From an uncultured Sphaerochaeta sp. (GTDB lineage Bacteria > Spirochaetota > Spirochaetia > Sphaerochaetales > Sphaerochaetaceae): a stretch of 64,000 nt of DNA. Location of the stretch: positions 579,757-643,756 of the forward strand of contig OY763408.1 in the NCBI GenBank assembly GCA_963667405.1. Direction: 5' to 3'. The translations under genes were made by a program, and so were the position numbers. A model generated the notes under the pieces. It saw only the letters and a program-made list of their open reading frames with translations. It was not told the origin of the DNA and did not search any database. Each line of letters begins with the position of its first letter. Position 1 is the first letter of the stretch. This document shows positions 1 to 9,046 of this stretch, in pieces.

Positions 1-434
1 TTAGGATCTAATCCCCTGGCCATTCTCTCCAGGATCCTGACATGTCCGAGATTCTCTCCAGGTGAAGTCAGGAAATCTTCACCAGGGCCTGCAGATATTC
101 TCTGGGGAGCAATTGGAACAAGGATCGTCGGCTCCTCGTTGGCTGAATAGAAAGGCTTTCCTTTGCTGGCATAGTATATGGGATTTTCTGAAACAACAGC
201 ACAGGGTTTTGTCTCTTCATCCTCAAGCAATGCCTCATCTCCAGAAACGAGATACTCAACGCTAGTGCCAATAGCTTTTGCGATTTTGACTGCTTCTTCA
301 GTTTTTGGGATTCTGTCTTTTGTAGCATAGTTCACAAAGCTGGCATAACTGATCCCTGCGAGAGCAGCGACTTCCTTCTTAGAAAGCGAAAGAGCTTTTG
401 CCTGAATATCAAACCTTTTCCAAAAGTCAATCAT
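1..434 (-). CDS. CI/LexA-like phage repressor (XRE HTH plus start of an S24 peptidase domain); partial, the C-terminus runs off the window edge
   Basis: Hand-translated from the minus strand; it is absent from the ORF track because it has no stop in the window. It reads MIDFWKRFDIQAKALSLSKKEVAALAGISYASFVNYATKDRIPKTEEAVKIAKAIGTSVEYLVSGDEALLEDEE...LVPIAPQRISAGPGEDFLTSPGENLGHVRILERMARG. This gives a Cro/CI-type HTH followed by the V-P-x-x-x-x-x-x-AG-x-G stretch typical of S24 repressors. The ATG is at 434-432. Confidence 0.75.
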   Translation of the reverse strand, partial: MIDFWKRFDIQAKALSLSKKEVAALAGISYASFVNYATKDRIPKTEEAVKIAKAIGTSVEYLVSGDEALLEDEETKPCAVVSENPIYYASKGKPFYSANEEPTILVPIAPQRISAGPGEDFLTSPGENLGHVRILERMARGLDP

Positions 435-547
435 AATAACCATCTTATACCCCAGCTTTGTAATGAGTATATCCAAAAGGTTATTTAAATTTATCAATTT
501 ATTAAAATATATTGCAAAAATATCCATTTAGATATATAAGTGTGTAT

Positions 548-754
548 ATGAAAAACCCAAATGGCGATAAAACCAAGATTGGAGCCTGGATAGATATTGA
601 AACAAAGCGCAAGGCCGACCTCTATAGAGCCCTCACTGGGAAAACTCTCCAGGATATTTATGAAGCTGCCTTGCGTTCCTACCTGGATCAGGAACTTCCT
701 GCAATTGAACAAAGTGCTCATGGAGGAATCTTCCGTGCTCATAACAACGGCTGA
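548..754 (+). CDS. Small DNA-binding protein in the Cro position (possible ribbon-helix-helix)
   Basis: Divergent from the repressor across a 113-bp AT-rich region. MKNPNGDKTKIGAWIDIETKRKADLYRALTGKTLQDIYEAALRSYL has a strand-helix-helix pattern. The ATG at 548 is preferred over the TTG at 512. No clear RBS. Confidence 0.4.
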   Translation: MKNPNGDKTKIGAWIDIETKRKADLYRALTGKTLQDIYEAALRSYLDQELPAIEQSAHGGIFRAHNNG

Positions 755-936
755 TGCTGCCAAGCGTCTCTGTGGTTAATCGGAGGACAGTGATTCTTTG
801 GATTCAATCCAGAGGGCTTCCTGCCTACCGGTTATCCGGGATATGGCGAATTGAAGATCAAGAGCTAGAGGACTGGATCAAGTTAAGAAAGGTCAACGTT
901 GGCCGAGGTAAGGAGAACATAGAATGCCAGAAGTAG
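720..936 (+). pseudogene. Excisionase/MerR-type HTH (HTH_17) gene split by a 1-nt frameshift
   Basis: The frame from ATG 720 reads MEESSVLITTADAAKRLCG and then TAA at 777-779. The next frame continues NRRTVILWIQSRGLPAYRLSGIWRIEDQELEDWIKLRK to 936. Joined, they give a complete excisionase-family HTH; one extra base near 775-777 separates the halves. Confidence 0.55.
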
Positions 937-979
937 TCGCGATCGAGCCACAGACACTGATACATCTCCCCGATTAGCC

Positions 980-1201
980 ATGAGCCTAATGAAGGACCTC
1001 CAGATTTTTCTGGCTTCTCTAAAACAGGTCTATCCCGACGAGAACGTATCCACCGATGAAATGGCCGAGATATTGGGTATTTCTTTACTGAATGTTCTGC
1101 ACATGGCCAGGAGGGGAACCTTGAAGAGTATCAAGGATGGTCCCCGCTTTGTACGGATTTCCGTTCAATCAATCAGATCGTATATGGGAAATTTCCATTG
1201 A
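980..1201 (+). CDS. Excisionase-family HTH DNA-binding protein
   Basis: 73 aa. STDEMAEILGISLLNVLHMARRGTLKSIKDGPRFVRISVQSIRSYM resembles the HTH_17 pattern (HTH, then a basic strand and a C-terminal helix). Confidence 0.5.
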   Translation: MSLMKDLQIFLASLKQVYPDENVSTDEMAEILGISLLNVLHMARRGTLKSIKDGPRFVRISVQSIRSYMGNFH

Positions 1202-1574
1202 TTTTTTGTCCGTCAAGCCGGGAGGCAGCGGTGCAAGTCTTTACAAATGGTATCGGTTCTCTTCCTAGGAAGTCGTCAGGGTCAATAGCAGGTTCCCACA
1301 AAGTTAATCACAATCATTTAGTCTTGCATTTACGAGACTATTACTTGGTTGAGAGAGTCCAATGAATGAGCGAAATTGATTTTACAAAACTGGGATTGAA
1401 ACCAGAGAGGAAGGGTAGAAGTAGCTTTCGAAAATTTGCTGTATGCTTTCCTTTTTTTCTCTTTAGCATATGATTACTATGAAATTGCACAACAGCCATG
1501 GTTTATACAGTCTGGTCCAGACTGGGACTGAAAGGAATTGGAGGCGCGGGGTGAGCAAGCGCATACAATAATTT

Positions 1575-1623
1575 CCTGAAAAACGGTATGCAAGGGGAGG
1601 GAGTCCAAAACTTCTTCCCCTTG
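1575..1623 (-). terminator. Putative intrinsic terminator of mscL
   Basis: CAAGGGGA (1591-1598) pairs with TCCCCTTG (1616-1623); the stem is extendable with G-U pairs. On the minus strand it is followed by CATACCGTTTTT. It lies directly downstream of the mscL stop (1634-1636). Confidence 0.45.
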
Positions 1624-1633
1624 ATTGTGTTTC

Positions 1634-2071
1634 TTACTTCTTCAGCAGGTCACGAATCTCCTTGAGCAGTACGATATCCTCAGGAACAACAGGAGCAGGA
1701 GGCGGAGTGGCTGCAGCCTTTGCCGCTTCCTCTGCCTTCTTCTTGGCATCCATGCGATCGCGCAGCTTGTTGATGGAACGCACAATCATGAAGACCACGA
1801 AGGCAACAATCAGGAAATCGATGACTTTTTGGATGAAGGAGCCGTAGAGGATTGCGACCTCGGCAGTCTGCTCGGTAGCCTCAGCAATGACAATCTTCAG
1901 ATCGACAAAGCTGACACCGCCAAGAATCAGGCCGATGAACGGCATCAGGACGTCCTTGACCAATGAGTTGACGATTGCGGTGAATGCACTGCCGATGATG
2001 ATACCGACAGCCATATCCATGACATTCCCCCGAGTAATGAATTTCTTGAATTCGCCAAGCATTTTGCTCAT
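1634..2071 (-). CDS. mscL: Large-conductance mechanosensitive channel
   Basis: 145 aa. The N-terminus MLGEFKKFITRGNVMDMAVGIIIGSAFTAIVNSLVKDVLMPFIG is a near-canonical MscL signature. Confidence 0.95.
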   Translation of the reverse strand: MSKMLGEFKKFITRGNVMDMAVGIIIGSAFTAIVNSLVKDVLMPFIGLILGGVSFVDLKIVIAEATEQTAEVAILYGSFIQKVIDFLIVAFVVFMIVRSINKLRDRMDAKKKAEEAAKAAATPPPAPVVPEDIVLLKEIRDLLKK

Positions 2072-2242
2072 GGAATTCCTCCTCTCCGCTAGTTGTTCAA
2101 TAAGTATAGCACGACCTTTGAGGAAATGGGTATCTGTAAGTGTTACTTTTGGTGATATTATTGTACTTTAGGCTGTTGGACGAAAAACTCTTGCGAAAAG
2201 CTATGTTTTAGTGTGGTTGAATATTGCATAAATATACTTGTT

Positions 2243-2261
2243 ATTGTATAACCTATACAAT
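2243..2261. promoter_or_regulatory. Perfect palindrome ATTGTATA-ACC-TATACAAT upstream of the liv operon (candidate operator)
   Basis: 8-bp arms with a 3-bp spacer, 42 bp upstream of the livJ ATG, inside the mscL/liv divergent region. Confidence 0.3.
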
Positions 2262-2302
2262 GTTTCGATATAAACTGTCGGACACTTTTGGAGGTACCAA
2301 AG

Positions 2303-3529
2303 ATGAAAAAACGTGTTGCTCTCCTGTTCCTCATTGTACTGGTAGTAATTGCAATGACTGCAATAGGTTGTAAAAAAGAAGAAGCTCCAGCATCCACTTC
2401 CGGTGCTGTAGAGGCGGCTCCTGTCGCCAAGAAGGTTGACAGTCCCAAGATTGGTTTCATTGGTCCTATGACCGGTGACTACGCCAACTATGGTGTACTG
2501 AGCAACAACTCTGCCATGCTCGCCATCGAGCAGTTCAATGCCAAGGGTGGTATTGGCGGCAGCATCCCGGTAACCCTGGTCACCGAGGATTCCGAAGGTA
2601 ACGTTGAGAAAGGCCTCTCCTCAATTGAGAAGCTCTCCTCTTCCGATAAGATTGTCGGCCTCATCGGTCCTGTATTCACCGGTGTAAGCTTTGCAGTCGG
2701 CGAGCGTGTCCAGAACGAGGGTCTTGTCATGATCAGCCCGTCTGCCACCCATGCTGATATCACCGCCATTGGTGACTTTGTATTCCGCACCGTTGTTTCC
2801 GACGGTCTGCAGGGTGAGGTTGCCGGTCGCTACTTCTTCGAGAAGCTCGGATACAAGACCATCGGCGTCCTGTATGCCAAGAACGACTACAGCCAGGGCC
2901 TCTATGAAGGCATGACCGCTTCTTTCGAAGCTGCAGGTGGAAAGGTAACCATCGCTGAGGCATTCAATGTCGGCGACAAGGACTTCAAGACCCAGCTGAC
3001 CAAGATTCGTACCGCCAGCCCCGAGGCTATCTACATCCCCAACTACACCGCTGAGATGGCTCAGATCCTTGAGCAGGCTTCCCAGCTTGGCATGGACATT
3101 CCGTTCCTCTCCTGTGACGGTTTCTCCAACCCTGAGATCTACAATCTCGCTGGTGACTTCACCGACGGTGTGATCTACGTGGGACCTGCAAAGGTCAAGG
3201 AAAGCCCGGCTTTCAGCACCTTTGTTTCCCAGTACACCACCAAGTATGGTGTCGGACCGGACAGCTTCGCAACCAACGCCTATGATGGCACCAACATCCT
3301 GCTCGCAGCAATGGACAAGGTGTACAAGGCAACCGGCAAGTTCGACCGCAAGGCAATCCGTGATGCAGTTGCTGCAACCAAGGATTTCCCGGGCGTTTCC
3401 GGTGTGGTGAATTTCGCTGAGAACGGGGACCTGGTTGCCTATCAGGGACTCTACAAGGTCAACAAGACCACACCAGAATACTTGGGCACCTACACGGTCG
3501 TAGACGGCAAGCTCGTCCAGATCGACTAA
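2303..3529 (+). CDS. livJ: Branched-chain amino acid ABC transporter substrate-binding lipoprotein
   Basis: Signal peptide with a lipobox (MTAIGC). Type-I periplasmic binding fold motifs (IGFIGPMTGDYANYG, LIGPVFTG). GGAGG at 2290-2294 lies 8 nt before ATG 2303. It is the first gene of a livHMGF operon. Confidence 0.9.
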   Translation: MKKRVALLFLIVLVVIAMTAIGCKKEEAPASTSGAVEAAPVAKKVDSPKIGFIGPMTGDYANYGVLSNNSAMLAIEQFNAKGGIGGSIPVTLVTEDSEGNVEKGLSSIEKLSSSDKIVGLIGPVFTGVSFAVGERVQNEGLVMISPSATHADITAIGDFVFRTVVSDGLQGEVAGRYFFEKLGYKTIGVLYAKNDYSQGLYEGMTASFEAAGGKVTIAEAFNVGDKDFKTQLTKIRTASPEAIYIPNYTAEMAQILEQASQLGMDIPFLSCDGFSNPEIYNLAGDFTDGVIYVGPAKVKESPAFSTFVSQYTTKYGVGPDSFATNAYDGTNILLAAMDKVYKATGKFDRKAIRDAVAATKDFPGVSGVVNFAENGDLVAYQGLYKVNKTTPEYLGTYTVVDGKLVQID

Positions 3530-3640
3530 GGCCTGTACAAGGATTCCCGGTCTTGCGGGAAATTGGGAGGACCGGTGTTGTTTACACCGGTCTTTTCATG
3601 TTATCGTTCATTTCAGTTCTCGTACGAAGGAGAGAGCATC

Positions 3641-4558
3641 GTGGGAATTGCTGAATTCTTCCAACATTTGATGAATGGCCTGACACTCGGGGGCATCTAT
3701 GCCCTCATTGCCTTGGGATATACCATGGTGTATGGCATTCTGAAATTTATCAACTTCGCCCATGGTGACGTGCTGATGCTAGGTGCCTATATCGGGCTGT
3801 TCCTGTTTGACTGGCTGCGCGGTGATTCGCCATTGGGCCTCTGGACCTTGGTTGCCTTCTTCCTGGCAATGATCATCAGCATGGGCCTCAGCGCCGTGAT
3901 AGGTATGTTCATCGAGCGTGTGGCATACAAGCCGCTTCGCAAGGCGACCCGTCTGGCTCCGCTGCTCAGCGCCATCGGTGTGTCATTCATCCTTTCCAAT
4001 GGGGCGGCGTGGGCCTTCGGCACCCACTCCAGAAAGTTCAACTATCCGTTTGACAACTCAGTCATTCGCTTGGGTGGAGTAGTCATCACCCCTCACCAGA
4101 TTCTCATCCTTGCGGTTTCCTTGGTGATGATGATCATCCTCAAGCTCTTCATTGACAAGACGAGGATGGGCAAGGCCATGCGTGCAACCAGCCTTGACCA
4201 GGGAACAGCGATGCTGATGGGCATCAATGTGAATCGGGTCATCAGCATGACCTTTGCCATCGGAAGCGCCCTGGCAGCCGTCGGTGGCATCCTGATCGCC
4301 CTGGATTTCAAAGTCTACGCAACAATGGGTACCATGATGGGCCTGAAAGCCTTCGTGGCAGCGGTCGTCGGTGGTATCGGCAATATCAGCGGAGCCATGT
4401 TCGGTGGTATCCTGCTTGGTCTTTTGGAGACCTTCGGTGTTGCCATCTTCGGCATCCCAACCGGCCTGAAGGATACCATTGCCTTCGGCGTACTCATCCT
4501 GATCCTCCTGCTCAAGCCGGAAGGACTCTTCGGCAAGGTCGAAAAGGAGAAAGTCTAA
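3641..4558 (+). CDS. livH: Branched-chain amino acid ABC permease
   Basis: LTLGGIYALIALGYTMVYGILKFINFAHGD matches the LivH N-terminus. GTG 3641 is preceded by AAGGAG. The track start at 3563 is an over-extension. Confidence 0.9.
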   Translation: MGIAEFFQHLMNGLTLGGIYALIALGYTMVYGILKFINFAHGDVLMLGAYIGLFLFDWLRGDSPLGLWTLVAFFLAMIISMGLSAVIGMFIERVAYKPLRKATRLAPLLSAIGVSFILSNGAAWAFGTHSRKFNYPFDNSVIRLGGVVITPHQILILAVSLVMMIILKLFIDKTRMGKAMRATSLDQGTAMLMGINVNRVISMTFAIGSALAAVGGILIALDFKVYATMGTMMGLKAFVAAVVGGIGNISGAMFGGILLGLLETFGVAIFGIPTGLKDTIAFGVLILILLLKPEGLFGKVEKEKV

Positions 4559-4559
4559 C

Positions 4560-5480
4560 ATGTTCAACTTCTTCCTGCTCATTCTGATTTATTCAGGCAT
4601 CTATGCCCTGATGGCCCTCGGCCAGAATATCATCACCGGATACGGTGGCTTGCTCAGCCTGACCCAGGCAGGGTTCTTTGCCATCGGTTCGTATGCAACG
4701 GCAATCCTGACGACCCGCTTCGGCTGGTCCTTCTGGGCAACCTTGCCGGCAGCTCTTATTCTCAGTGCTTTCTTCGGTCTTCTGATCGGGCTCCCCACCC
4801 TTCGTCTGAAGGGTGACTACCTTGCCATCGCCACCCTCGGCTTCGGTGAGATCGTGCGCAACGTCCTCAACAACTGGGACTCTGTCACCAGAGGCCCCAT
4901 GGGCATACAGCGCATCCCGATGCCGGACCTGTTCGGCTTCACCATCAATCCGTACAAGAAGTACGCATTCCTGGTCATGGTCTTCGTCTTTGTCGGCATA
5001 GCCTATGTGATCTTCCAACGTTTGGCACGCTCGCGCATGGGCAGGGCCCTGTCTGCTGTCCGTGAGGATGAGATCGCCGCCCAGTCGATGGGTATCAACA
5101 TCACCACCTACAAGGTGTTTGCCTTCATCCTCGGTGCCTCGGTAGCCGGACTTGCAGGATCCCTGCAGGCTGTGTTCTCCCTCTCGGTGACCCCAAGTAC
5201 CTACACCTTCATGGTCTCGGTCATGGTGTTGTGCATGGTTGTGCTTGGTGGCATGGGCAACTTCAAGGCATCCATCCTGGGCGCCTTCATCATCCAGCTG
5301 ATCAGCTATTTCCCGCAGCTTACCGGCCTTTCCAGTGTCATTCCTCCCCAGTTCAAGCAGATACTCTTTGGCTTGATCCTGGTTGTCATGATGATCTGGC
5401 GTCCGCAGGGATTGCTGGGTAGGGAAGAGACCCGCTATGGAAAGAAAGTTGCGAAGAGCAGCAAGGGAGGTGCACGATGA
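4560..5480 (+). CDS. livM: Branched-chain amino acid ABC permease
   Basis: 306-aa polytopic protein. NIITGYGGLLSLTQAGFFAIGSY is a LivM-type motif. Starts 2 nt after the livH stop. Confidence 0.9.
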   Translation: MFNFFLLILIYSGIYALMALGQNIITGYGGLLSLTQAGFFAIGSYATAILTTRFGWSFWATLPAALILSAFFGLLIGLPTLRLKGDYLAIATLGFGEIVRNVLNNWDSVTRGPMGIQRIPMPDLFGFTINPYKKYAFLVMVFVFVGIAYVIFQRLARSRMGRALSAVREDEIAAQSMGINITTYKVFAFILGASVAGLAGSLQAVFSLSVTPSTYTFMVSVMVLCMVVLGGMGNFKASILGAFIIQLISYFPQLTGLSSVIPPQFKQILFGLILVVMMIWRPQGLLGREETRYGKKVAKSSKGGAR

Positions 5481-6256
5481 TCCTCTTGGAAACCGAAGCA
5501 CTGACCCGTGCCTATGGCGGTGTTGTTGCTGTCAATAAAGTCGATTTCGTTGTCGAGAAAGGTTTGATCACCGGTCTCATTGGTCCCAATGGGGCAGGCA
5601 AGACCACCCTGTTCAACAACATGACCGGTTTGGATATTCCCTCCTCTGGCAAGGTGTTCTTCAACAAGAAGGATATCACCGGGGTTCCTGCCCACTCCAT
5701 CTGCAGAATGGGTATTGCCCGCACCTTCCAGAACATCCGTCTCTTCAAGGAGCTGACGGTAGTGGAGAATGTCATGATCGGGCGTCACTTCAAGACCGGG
5801 AAGAGTGAGACCAAGGGGCGCTTCCTCAATGCCATCAACAGCTATGTGCACATGAAGCAGGAGGAGGAGCAGATCTATGAGAAGGCCTGTGACTGGCTCG
5901 ACTTCTTCGGCATGGGTTCCATGAAGAATGAGCTTGCAAAAAACCTTCCCTACGGACGGCAGCGCGAGCTGGAAATAGCCAGAGCCCTGGCCACCGACCC
6001 GAAGTTGCTCTTCCTCGATGAGCCGGCTGCAGGTATGAACCCGCAGGAAACCGACCATCTGATGGCCACCATCCGGAAGATCCGTGATCTGGATATCACC
6101 GTGGTTCTGATCGAGCACGACATGAAGCTGGTCATGAACATCTGTGATACGATCACCGTACTCAACTATGGTCAGAAGCTTGCCCAGGGAACTCCCCGGG
6201 AGATCAAGCACAATCCCAGTGTCATCGAAGCCTATCTGGGAAAGGAAGAAGAATGA
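5477..6256 (+). CDS. livG: Branched-chain amino acid ABC transporter ATP-binding protein
   Basis: Walker A GPNGAGKTT, signature LPYGRQRELEIARAL, Walker B LLFLDEP. 4-nt overlap with livM. Confidence 0.92.
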   Translation: MILLETEALTRAYGGVVAVNKVDFVVEKGLITGLIGPNGAGKTTLFNNMTGLDIPSSGKVFFNKKDITGVPAHSICRMGIARTFQNIRLFKELTVVENVMIGRHFKTGKSETKGRFLNAINSYVHMKQEEEQIYEKACDWLDFFGMGSMKNELAKNLPYGRQRELEIARALATDPKLLFLDEPAAGMNPQETDHLMATIRKIRDLDITVVLIEHDMKLVMNICDTITVLNYGQKLAQGTPREIKHNPSVIEAYLGKEEE

Positions 6257-7011
6257 AAGAGTTGCTCAGCATTGATGATATCTCCGTTTCCTATGGAAAC
6301 ATCAAGGCCTTGCAGCAGGTGAGCATGCATGTCAATGAAGGCGACATCGTCTGCCTCATCGGTGCAAACGGGAGTGGAAAAAGCACGCTCCTGAAAGCTA
6401 TTGTTGGACAGGAACCTCTGGTCACCGGTTCGATCACCTTCGATGGGGAAGAGATTTGCAGGGCGAAACATGATGTGGTCAAAGGGGTGAAACGGCCCCG
6501 CATCCTGACCACCGACCTTATTGCTGCAAAAGGCATTGCGCTTGTCCCGGAAGGGAGGAGGGTATTTGCCGACATGACCGTTGAGGAAAACCTTGACATG
6601 GGAGCTTTCCTGGTCCGTGATGAGCAGCTCATCGCCGACCGCAAGGAAGCCATGTACGATTTCTTTCCCATTCTCGGAGCGAGACGGCGGCAGAAAACCC
6701 GATCGCTCAGCGGGGGCGAGCAGCAGATGATGTCCATTGCACGTGCCCTGATGAGTGGCCCCAGGCTCATCCTCCTCGATGAACCGGGACTCGGCCTTGC
6801 CCCGCTGGTGATCGCAGACATCTTTGAAAAGATTGATATGATCAACAAGCAGGATAAGGTCACGGTCTTTCTGGTCGAACAGAATGCCCGAATGGCATTG
6901 AAGGCATCCACCGAGGGGTACGTCATGGAGAATGGAAGGATTGTCCTGCACGATGTGTCTTCCTCTCTCTTGGAGAACGAGAAAGTGCGTGAGGCCTATC
7001 TCGGGGAATAA
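6253..7011 (+). CDS. livF: Branched-chain amino acid ABC transporter ATP-binding protein
   Basis: Walker A GANGSGKST, signature LSGGEQQMMSIARAL, Walker B LILLDEP. 4-nt overlap with livG. Confidence 0.92.
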   Translation: MKELLSIDDISVSYGNIKALQQVSMHVNEGDIVCLIGANGSGKSTLLKAIVGQEPLVTGSITFDGEEICRAKHDVVKGVKRPRILTTDLIAAKGIALVPEGRRVFADMTVEENLDMGAFLVRDEQLIADRKEAMYDFFPILGARRRQKTRSLSGGEQQMMSIARALMSGPRLILLDEPGLGLAPLVIADIFEKIDMINKQDKVTVFLVEQNARMALKASTEGYVMENGRIVLHDVSSSLLENEKVREAYLGE

Positions 7012-7072
7012 TGGCTGGAAAATCCAGTACGCTTGCAGTATAGTTATGGTAGATGGTAGGTAGGAGATCCAA

Positions 7073-7717
7073 ATGATTATCGAACGAAGAATGACGCGTA
7101 ATCCTGTTACAGCTACTCCTGACATGTCGATAGCAGAAGCTTCGAACTTGATGAAACAGGAGAAGGTGCACCGCCTTCCTGTGCTTGACAGGGAAAAGCA
7201 TCTGGTGGGAATCATCACAGAGAAGGATATCCTGTATGCCACCCCATCCCCGGCCAGCAGCCTTTCCATCCATGAGATGGCCTATCTGCTCAGCAAGCTT
7301 ACCGTCAAGAAGCTGATGAGCAAGAACGTGGTTACCATCACCAAGGATACCACGGTTGAGGAAGCGGCTCGCATGATGGTCGACCAGGATCTTTCGAGCC
7401 TTCCCGTTCTTGAGGGCGACAAGCTCATCGGCATCGTCACCAAGAGTGACATGTTCAAGATCCTCCTCGAGCTCTTCGGAGCACGGCACTTCGGAGTGCG
7501 TGTCTCCTTCGTGGTTGAGGACAAGCCGGGAACCATTGCAAAGATCAGTCAGGCTCTCAGCGAGCAAGGCATCGATATCATCACCTTCGGTACCTTCATG
7601 GGTACCGATCCCACGAATGCCATCTGTACGATCAAGGTACAGGGGGCTCCTATCAGCAAGGTTGTGGAGATCATCAAACCCTATGTCTCCCAGCTGCTCG
7701 ATGTCAGGGAGGTCTGA
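7073..7717 (+). CDS. CBS-pair plus ACT domain protein (AcuB-like)
   Basis: Two CBS repeats (MTRNPVTATPDMSIAEA...HRLPVLD and MSKNVVTITKDTTVEEA...SSLPVLE) followed by an ACT-like tail (VSFVVEDKPGTIAKISQALSEQGIDI). Confidence 0.8.
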   Translation: MIIERRMTRNPVTATPDMSIAEASNLMKQEKVHRLPVLDREKHLVGIITEKDILYATPSPASSLSIHEMAYLLSKLTVKKLMSKNVVTITKDTTVEEAARMMVDQDLSSLPVLEGDKLIGIVTKSDMFKILLELFGARHFGVRVSFVVEDKPGTIAKISQALSEQGIDIITFGTFMGTDPTNAICTIKVQGAPISKVVEIIKPYVSQLLDVREV

Positions 7718-8692
7718 GTGCCCAAACGAGCCAAGAAGAAAGAAGTTCGAAAGGAAAAGGCGGCTGGAGACAGCCGCCTTGCAGTTGCTCCCGATGCATA
7801 TCTCCCGTTTGAGAACATCAAAGAGGTGAAACCAACCAAGGTGATACCCAAGGCAGCACCAAAACCGGTTGTATCGCAGCGGAAGGAGCCCCTGGTGCTC
7901 GGCTTTGACCCGAAAGCAAACTTTGGCGATATCCTCACCGCTTGGGAAGCTACCGGAGAACTGAGCGGTGTCACCAAACGCATGAAAAGTCACAGCAAAG
8001 TGAAGGTGGAAAAATCTTTTGCCGAGATCCTTGCTGAGTGGGAAGGGGAGAAAGCTGCAAAGAAAGAGGGGAAGCAAGACGAGCAACCCATCAAGAAAAG
8101 CCAAGCCTACGTGCCAAAGAAAGATTTCGGGTCGTTGCTTGACCAGTTTGAGGGGAATGCGCCCGCTAAACCAAAAGCCAAGCAAGCCGAAAAGCGAACG
8201 CTTCCTGCCTCTCCGCTGACTCCGTCCAAACAGATGGAAGAGGCCTTGGAGGAGAAGGAGGAACTGGATCAGGGGCGAGACAGTTCGGTCTCCTGGTCGT
8301 TCTCAGACACCTACCGGCAATGGACGGAACAACGCGATGAGTCCTTGGCCATCGAGAAGGCCCGCAAAGAGAAGCGCGAGCAGACCAAGGTACAGAGTAC
8401 GATCGGAGAATTGCGTGCGCTTGAGCCGCAGGCAACCTTGGACCTGCATGGGCTGAAAGTCCTGGAAGCGGAGAAGGCTACGGCAGATTTTCTGCGCTCT
8501 TCAAAGGCGGCGAACCTGCAGAAGGTAGCCATCATCACCGGAAAAGGACTGCACAATGACAAGGGTTACTCCCTGCTCAAGGAAGCAGCCCTCTCGCAGA
8601 TACGGCTCAGCAGCGTAGTGCGCGAAGCATATACCCCCAAGGCCATGCATGGGGGTAGTGGTGTCATCTGGGTTATCCTGAAAAGTTCCTAG
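7718..8692 (+). CDS. Smr-domain protein with a Lys/Glu-rich N-terminal region
   Basis: The C-terminus LDLHGLKVLEAEKATADFL...VAIITGKGLHN...GGSGVIWVILK is an Smr (MutS2-related) domain. GTG 7718 abuts the preceding stop and has GGGAGG upstream. Confidence 0.8.
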   Translation: MPKRAKKKEVRKEKAAGDSRLAVAPDAYLPFENIKEVKPTKVIPKAAPKPVVSQRKEPLVLGFDPKANFGDILTAWEATGELSGVTKRMKSHSKVKVEKSFAEILAEWEGEKAAKKEGKQDEQPIKKSQAYVPKKDFGSLLDQFEGNAPAKPKAKQAEKRTLPASPLTPSKQMEEALEEKEELDQGRDSSVSWSFSDTYRQWTEQRDESLAIEKARKEKREQTKVQSTIGELRALEPQATLDLHGLKVLEAEKATADFLRSSKAANLQKVAIITGKGLHNDKGYSLLKEAALSQIRLSSVVREAYTPKAMHGGSGVIWVILKSS

Positions 8693-8714
8693 CGGATGAA
8701 AGATATGCATGCAA

Positions 8715-8742
8715 GAAGCCGGTTTCCAAGGAGACCGGCTTC
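8715..8742. terminator. Bidirectional hairpin between the convergent Smr gene and infA
   Basis: GAAGCCGGT (8715-8723) pairs with ACCGGCTTC (8734-8742); the stem is extendable inward. It is the only structure in the 66-bp convergent gap. Confidence 0.6.
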
Positions 8743-8758
8743 CTGTTGCAGGGGTTTC

Positions 8759-8977
8759 TTAGCGCTCGCGATAGATGATGCGACCCTTGGTCAGATCATA
8801 CGGGGAGAGTGCAACCCTCACGGTATCACCAGGAACAATCCTGATGTAGTGTTTGCGCATTTTTCCCGAAAGATGGGCAAGAATGACATGCTGGTTCTGG
8901 AGTTCCACACGGAACATGGTATTCGGTAGTGCCTCGCGTACGACGCCCTCTACTTCAATTGCTTCTTCTTTTGCCAC
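8759..8977 (-). CDS. infA: Translation initiation factor IF-1
   Basis: 72 aa. [70 protein letters not shown] is canonical IF-1. Confidence 0.97.
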   Translation of the reverse strand: MAKEEAIEVEGVVREALPNTMFRVELQNQHVILAHLSGKMRKHYIRIVPGDTVRVALSPYDLTKGRIIYRER

Positions 8978-9046
8978 AAATCCTCCAAATATATGCTTGA
9001 AAGCTAGGAAATTATATGCACTAGCTTTCAGCGTGTCAACCTAGCT

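Larger units (their letters stand above)
1..1201. mobile_element. Partial prophage or integrative-element regulatory module (repressor / Cro-like / two Xis-like HTH genes); no integrase within the window
   Basis: Gene content and divergent switch architecture. By eye the composition is more AT-rich than the following chromosome. A 430-bp non-coding stretch follows, before mscL. Confidence 0.45.

Noticed and set aside
4593-8185. Long minus-strand ORFs (4593..5501, 5435..6211, 6232..7269, 6923..8185) spanning livM, livG, livF and the CBS and Smr genes.
   Set aside because: They run antisense to genes with unambiguous ABC, CBS and Smr motifs. Their products are low-complexity (H/D/G/R-rich) with no motifs. 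They are typical shadow ORFs of GC-rich coding DNA.
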